A stretch of 40,696 nt of DNA from Crocinitomicaceae bacterium (GTDB lineage Bacteria > Bacteroidota > Bacteroidia > Flavobacteriales_D > Crocinitomicaceae). The stretch spans positions 1-40,696 of the forward strand of contig JBMSGX010000001.1 in assembly GCA_049416285.1 (NCBI GenBank), given 5' to 3'. Shown piece by piece: positions 9,455-17,000 of the stretch. How positions within the stretch are numbered: position 1 is the stretch's first letter; each line of letters begins with the position of its first letter. The position numbers and the translations under genes were made by a program. The notes below the pieces were generated by a model. That model searched no databases, was not told the origin of the DNA, and saw only the letters and a program-made list of their open reading frames with translations.

Positions 9455-10003
9455 CTACTTGTTCAAATCGATTGTTGGCACAACCTCTTCTCCATCATTG
9501 ATCTTATAAAAGCTCATCTCCTTGAACCCAAAAACACTAGCTACAACGGAGCTAGGAAAGGAACCCACTTTTATATTTAATTCACGTACCGTTCCATTGT
9601 AATAGCGTCTTGCTAGCGCAAGCTCATCCTCCACTTTAGAGAGATTATTCATCAATTCTTTAAACTGATCATTCGCTTTTAATTCAGGATAATCTTCGAC
9701 GAGTATTCGAATCTGCCTTAAGTGCGAAGTTATATTAGCATCTGTTGCAGCCACGTCTGATAAAGAGCTGTCCTTTACCCTTTCTTCAACGATCCTTTGC
9801 AATGTTTCGGCCTCATGCTTGTTGTAGCCTTTAACCGCTTCAATGAGATTTGGAATTAGCTCGAACCGTTTTTTAAGGTGAACATCTATACCACTAAATG
9901 CCTCCTCCACAATGTTTTGAGCACTGATGAAGCCATTATACACTAGCCAAGTGGCTACCAGTATAATAGCAATTAGAGTTCCTAAAATTAATAGTGGTAT
10001 CAT
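9455..10003 (-). CDS. lemA: LemA family protein
   Basis: 182 aa. N-terminal TM anchor followed by conserved LemA helices (...EEAFSGIDVHLKKRFELIPNLIEAVKGY...ARRYYNGTVRELN). Confidence 0.92.
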   Translation of the reverse strand: MIPLLILGTLIAIILVATWLVYNGFISAQNIVEEAFSGIDVHLKKRFELIPNLIEAVKGYNKHEAETLQRIVEERVKDSSLSDVAATDANITSHLRQIRILVEDYPELKANDQFKELMNNLSKVEDELALARRYYNGTVRELNIKVGSFPSSVVASVFGFKEMSFYKINDGEEVVPTIDLNK

Positions 10004-10044
10004 AAAAACGTTTTCCTAAATATAGTAAAAACGTTGCGCCAAGA

Positions 10045-10851
10045 TTAGACAACAACAGTGTCAAATTCTTCACTCCAGACCACGGCCTTATCTGGAAAAT
10101 CACTGAACACACCATCGACCCCCATAAAAATCAAATTCTTGAGAACACCGGGTTCATTTACTGTCCATGGGTAAACTTTAAATCCTGCCTTATGGATCTG
10201 CTCGACCGCTGAGTATGATACATCTGCGGCATTTGGGTTAATTGCAATAGCTTGAATTTCCTCGGCAAAACCGATAGCTTCAACTGGAGAAGCATCTGTT
10301 AAAACGGCGATTGGAATGCTTTTATTCAAGGATCTCATTTGTTTTAGCTCATCCCAGTTAAAACTAGAAATGACAAAACGGCTTCTTAATGATTCTTCAC
10401 TCAACCCTAGCTTATCGATCAATTGCTGAACACCGTTTGCCGTATTAACTCCCTTTAACTCAATGTTGATAAGAATTTCCGATCCCATCAAAAGTTTAAG
10501 CACCTTATCAAGAGTTGAAATCTTTTCTCCGCCTACTAACTGAACCTCATTGATCTCGCTTATTGTTAAACGCTCAATTGAATCTTCAGATAGCGATAGG
10601 CGCTCCAGGCTCACATCATGGAATACTACTATCTCACCAGAGGCACACTTAAAAACATCTAATTCTACAGCCTTTGCATTCAATTCAATGGCTTTGTGAA
10701 ATGCAGAAATGGTATTCTCTAACTCATACCCGCTAGCGCCACGATGTGCAAACACCGTGAAATCGTCCATCGGTGCTTGTTCATTTGAAACCGAGCACGA
10801 CACCACACCTAAAACCAAAGCTGTTGCCATAAGCAGATATTGTAAATTCAT
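10045..10851 (-). CDS. Glycerophosphodiester phosphodiesterase family lipoprotein
   Basis: 268 aa. Lipobox VVSC and GDPD motifs (FAHRGASGYELENT, ELDV...HD). Confidence 0.9.
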   Translation of the reverse strand: MNLQYLLMATALVLGVVSCSVSNEQAPMDDFTVFAHRGASGYELENTISAFHKAIELNAKAVELDVFKCASGEIVVFHDVSLERLSLSEDSIERLTISEINEVQLVGGEKISTLDKVLKLLMGSEILINIELKGVNTANGVQQLIDKLGLSEESLRSRFVISSFNWDELKQMRSLNKSIPIAVLTDASPVEAIGFAEEIQAIAINPNAADVSYSAVEQIHKAGFKVYPWTVNEPGVLKNLIFMGVDGVFSDFPDKAVVWSEEFDTVVV

Positions 10852-11029
10852 ATGGCAAGTATAAGCCTGAAAGTTTAATTCAATATCATCCTAACTTTAA
10901 ATTATTCAGTCACTTGAGATTCTTAAGCAAAACTCAGCCTTTCAAGAGTTCATTATTTATTAACACTTGACTCTTAATAACCTCAAATCAAAGTCGTAAA
11001 TTGTGTCACAAAATTATGAACTACTGACT

Positions 11030-14000
11030 ATGAAATTCATTTCAAGAAGATTTACACTTCTATTTTCAGCATTATTCATCTGTTCCGTAAACTTCGCGCA
11101 GCTCAGCGTTAACAACGGTTTTACTGCCCAACAACTTGGTAACAACCTCGCGGGTAACAATGTGAATGTATTTAATGCGACTATTTCAGGAGACCCGGTT
11201 CAATACGGAACTTTCAACTACGTTGGAACAGACTTAGGACTGAACTCTGGGGTAATCTTAAGCACCGGTGACATTTTTGATGCCGTTGGTCCAAACTCAT
11301 CTAATCAAACCTCATCGAATATTGGAGGGCCTGGAGACAATGATCTAACAAACCTCGCAGGCTTCAACACGAATGACGCTGTAGTTTTTGAATTCGACTT
11401 TGAAGTTCAAGGTGATGAAATCGAATTTAACTTCGTCTTCTTATCTGAAGAATACAACGAATTCGTAAACACCGGATTCAACGATGTCTTTGCATTTTAC
11501 ATCAGTGGGCCGGGCATTGTTGGGCAAGAAAACCTAGCAGTCGTTCCGGGAACAACTACACCTGTTACGATAAACACTATAAACAATGGATCTTTTTTCC
11601 AGTTTTATAATGATAATGAAAATGGTGCTGTGAATATAGAGTTTGATGGTTTCACAACACTAATGACAGCGTTCAAAGATGGTTTGCAACAATGTGGGAT
11701 ATACACTTTATCATTGAGAATAGCAGACGGTAGCGATAGCGCTTTGGATTCAGGAGTATTACTTCAAGAGAACTCATTGGTTCAAGCGGGAATATCCGCA
11801 TCAAGTAGCACATTCAGTGCTAATAATACTGCTTTAGAGGGATGTATAGAAGCAAGCTTCACATTCCAATTAGACAGTGCCCTTAACCAACCGGTAAATA
11901 TTCCAATTAGCATCGGGGGAACAGCCACTAATGGGGTTGATTACTCCTTTATAGATAGTATGATCACGATTCCTCCAGGACAGACTTCAGCAACATTGAT
12001 CATCGATGCAATTGCAGACGGACTTCCTGAGGGACAAGAAGTGGTTGAACTTTACTACACACCTTCCCCTTGTCAACCACAAGACACTGTATTCCTCTAT
12101 ATTGATGACTATACACCTCTTGAATATGAAGTGTTCCCTACTGACGTCACATGCGCAGGAACAGCGGATGGAACAGTTGATTTGAGCGTTACCGGCGGAA
12201 TTGCTCCTTACACGCTAACACTCACAGACTCAATTACGGGCGATCAAACTGTACATACAACCTTCCCTGTTGTTGGATTGGATCAAGGAACTTATTACGT
12301 CGAAGTAATTGATGGGTACGGTTGTACAGCCGAGGATATTGTTGCCGGAAACCTATTCGACGCGGGAACAACATTCATCCCAGACGGTGCCGGTCAGTCA
12401 TACAGCAGCCAGATCAACCTAAGTGGTTTTGGTGGAACAGCTACAGTGCAAACAGCTGATCAGATACAATCCGTATGTGCCACGCTTGAACATTCAAAGA
12501 TCGGAGAGCTATTGATCACACTCACATCTCCTGACGGAACTCAAGTGATCTTAAAAGAGCAACCGGGAGGGAATAACACAAACCTTGGAGAACCTTGTGC
12601 ACTTGGACCAACTGATGGAGGCCAAGGAAACATCAACACTGACCCTGGTATAGGTTACAACTACTGCTGGCAGAACATTTCTACGTTTGGAACGATGGTA
12701 GCTGAGTCAGGAAACTATACATACACCTACACAAATCCTTGTGACGGTTCACAGCAGAGTGATAAATATCTTCCATCTGGATCATACCAGCCTTATGAGA
12801 GTTTCGATAACTTCATTGGTGCTCAATTAAACGGTAACTGGACAATTGAAGTAACTGATAACATTCCGAATAATAATGGATACATCTTCGACTGGAGTAT
12901 CAGTTTAATGGCAGATCCGCCAGATTCAGTCTTTACTATCAACGAACCTGCAGGACCTACATTCGCTCATACAAGCGTTGATCCTGACTGTGGAGGAACA
13001 AACGGAAGTATTGACCTTACAGTTACTGGTGGAGATGCACCGTTCACATTCCTTTGGAGCAATGGAGCAACGACGGAGGACTTAGCTGGAATAGGTGCAG
13101 GTACGTATACGGTTGATGTAACAGACAACAACCTTTGTGTTCACTCTTATCAAGTCAACCTTTCTAATAATGGATCATTGATCGTTTCAGGTGTTTCAAC
13201 GAATGAAACATGTGTTGACGCTGATAATGGATCTATAGATTTAACAGTAGCAGGAGGAACTGCTCCGATTAACTACTCATGGAGTAATGGAGAAACAACT
13301 GAAGATGTTTTCAATCTTGCACCTGGCAACTATACGGTTAACGTATCCGATGCCACAGGATGCCAGGGAGTTGCCAGCTTCATGGTTGAACAAGCAGCAA
13401 ACATTAACATTGCAGCAAACATTACTAACGAGAATTGTGGTGACCAGGAAGGAATCATAGACATCACAGTATTTGGCACTGCAGCTCCAACTAGCTACTC
13501 TTGGAGCAATGGTGACATAACAGAAGATATAGATGAGCTTGCACAAGGAACTTACATTGTTAACTTAACAGACGGCAACGGATGTATTGCTACGGATACT
13601 TTTACAGTGATCAACCTCGTTGGTAACTGTGTTCCGGACTGTGATTTGGCTATTACAAACTCAACTGTTAACAATGAGAACTGTGGAAACGTTGATGGAA
13701 ACATCAACCTCACAGTCTTTACTACGAATGGTCCCGCATCTTACATATGGAGTAATGGTGCAACAACGGAAGACCTATCAGGACTTGCTGCTGGAACTTA
13801 CGACGTTACGATCACAGACCTTGAAGGATGTGAAGTAATGGATGTGTTTACAGTGACAAACTCGACGGGAGGTCTCGCGATCACATCGATCAACACAACC
13901 AATGAATATTGTGGCAACGGACAAGGAGCGGCAGATGCAACGATTACTGGAGGTGCACAACCATACACTTACGCTTGGAGTAACGGCGCGATAACACAAG

Positions 14001-17000
14001 ATCTTTCTGGTGTAGCAGCAGGAACGTATACTTTAACAGTAACAGATGATAATGGGTGTTCAGCCGTGCAATCAGTAGATATTATCAATGATGCTGGAAA
14101 CCTTGCTCAGACTTATGGCAATGCCGTAGATGAAGTTTGTAGCAATGGAAGCGGATCGATCGACATCATAATTGAAGGTGGACAACAACCCTACTCTTAC
14201 AACTGGAGTAATGGAGCAACAACGGAAGATCTTGTTGGTTTATCCGCTGGAACTTATTCATGCACGATCACTGATGCCGGCGGTTGTGCTATAAGCACAC
14301 CGGTTTATACAGTAAGCAACCAATCTGGGACACTTGCAATTACAAGTGTAGATGTAGACAATGAAGTTTGTAGTAACAACGCAGGAAGTATTGAAATTCT
14401 GATCTCTGGCGGAGTTGCACCTTACATGTTCAGCTGGAACAACGGAGAAACAACACAAGATATATTCAACCTATCTGCTGGAACTTTCGAAGCTACAGTT
14501 ACAGATGATAGCGGATGTTCAGTTTCCACAGGAAACCTGAACCTAATCAATGAAAGCGGAACATTAAACCTTGTTGGAATTACTGCATTCGACGAATTGT
14601 GCGGAAATGGAACAGGCTCAATCAATTTAGAAGTAACTGGAGGAACAGCTCCTCTATCCTACTCTTGGAGTAATGGAAGTAACAGTGAAGACTTAACAAA
14701 TGTATCAGCCGGAAACTACACAGTTATTGTAAATGATATAAATGGATGTTCTGTTACTGGTTCTGAAACTGTGAATAACGACCCTGGTGTACTTAACATT
14801 GATAACATCATCGTTACGAATGAGAACTGTGGTGGAATGGATGGAGCGTTAGATGCGATCGTATCAGGAGCAGCAATGCCAGCAACCTACGCTTGGTCTA
14901 ATGGAGCAACTACTGAAGACCTAACAGGATTAGGAGCAGGAACTTACATTTTAGAAGTTATAGATCTTAATGGATGTTCTACAACTGCTTCGGCTACATT
15001 AGCCAATATCGCAAATGGAATTACGCTAACGAATTCACAAGTGACAAATGAGATCTGTGGAGATGTTACCGGTGCTATTCAATTAGAAATTACCGGAGGG
15101 ACATTGCCTTATACTTATTCTTGGTCAAATGGAGCTACTACTGAAGATCTTTCAGGATTATCAGCAGGCACATACACATGCACGATAACGGACAATACGG
15201 GATGTTCAATTGTTGCAGGTCCTTTCACTGTGAACAACAGTACGGGAGGGCTTAATGTCACACTAGCTTCTAGCACAGATGAGACCTGTTCTGACGCTTC
15301 CGGAGCGATCGATGTAACGATTACTGGTGGTACGGCACCATACAGCTATAGCTGGAATTCAGGACAAACTACTGAAGACATCTCGGGACTTATTTCAGGG
15401 ACTTACTCAATTACAGTTACTGATGCTTCCGGTTGTACAGACCAACTAACAGTAACAATCTCAAATACAGCTGGCACACTCGCCATTACTGATATTTCGT
15501 CTACAGATGAATTGTGTACAGGGGCCAACGGAGCTATAGATATTACTGTAGCTGGCGGAACACCGGGCTACACTTACGCATGGTCGAATGCAGCGGTTAC
15601 CGAAGATCTTACAGGTTTTTCAGCTGGAATTTATGATGTAACTGTAACAGACCTTAACGGCTGCTCTGTTTCTTCAGGGCCGATCACAGTTAACAACAGC
15701 GCTGGCAACTTCCAGGTTACCGGAATCAATGTTGTCAATGAAAACTGTGGAGACGGTCTTGGGAATGTTGACCTAATCGTCTCGGGAGCATCTGGCACCG
15801 TGACTTATACATGGTCTAATGGGGCAACATCTCAAGACTTGAATAACGTTCCTGCAGGATCATACTCAGGAACAGCAACAGATGTAGCGGGTTGTACAGT
15901 TACGTTCTCAGCAACGGTACAAAACGATCCGGGCATCATGACAGTATCTGATGTAATATCAAATACAACATGCGGTTCAAATAATGGATCGATCGATATT
16001 ACAGTAAACGATGGTACAGGACCGTTCACATATGTTTGGTCAAATGGTGCAACAACAGAAGACATCTTTGGACTTATACCGGGAACATATATTTGCAATG
16101 TAACTGACGCAAATGGATGTACAGTGGACTACAGTGGAACTGTCCTCGACGAAGGCGGTCCAGTGATCAACAGTGTTTCAAGCACCGATGAATCCTGCAG
16201 CAATAGCAATGGTTCGATCACATTAAATGTTTCAGGAGGAACTCAGCCATATACTTATTCTTGGACAGGTCCTCCGGTTAACCCTTGCTGTACTTATACG
16301 CTTGACATGCAAGATCAAGGTAACAGCTGGAATGGAGCTTCGATAGATGTATTCATTGATGGCGTATTAGAAGGAAACTATACTGTACCAGGAGGTGGTG
16401 CCAACATCGAAACTTTCCCTGTTTGTAATGGACAGAACATTGAATTGGTCTGGAATCAGGGAGGATTTGACAACGAAGTATCATTTGACATGCTTGACGG
16501 TTCGGGAACTGTAGTCTTCAGTCAGGGAGGTAGCCCAACACCTGGAACAATCTATACTGGTGCTGCAACTTGCGCGGGAGGAATATTGGATAGCTCTACT
16601 GAAGCTGGTTTATCAGCAGGAACTTACAACGTTATCGTTACTGATGCTAATGGATGTGAAGACAGTGTAACCGTGGTACTTCAAAATGGAAGTGGGAACT
16701 TACAGTTCACTAATGCTGTTGCAACAGACGAAACATGTTCTGACGCCAATGGAGTTATTGACATTTCAGTAACAGGAACGGCTCCATTCACTTACTCTTG
16801 GAGTAACAGTGCAACAACTGAAGATCTATCAGGACTTTCAGCTGGTACATATACAGTGGATGTAACTGACCCGAATGGATGTGCTATCCAGGAAACATTT
16901 ACACTTACAAATATTACGAATGGCCTCACGATCACATCAAGCACAGTAACAGATGAAAACTGTGGAGATGCAACTGGAGCGATCGATATCACACCTACTG

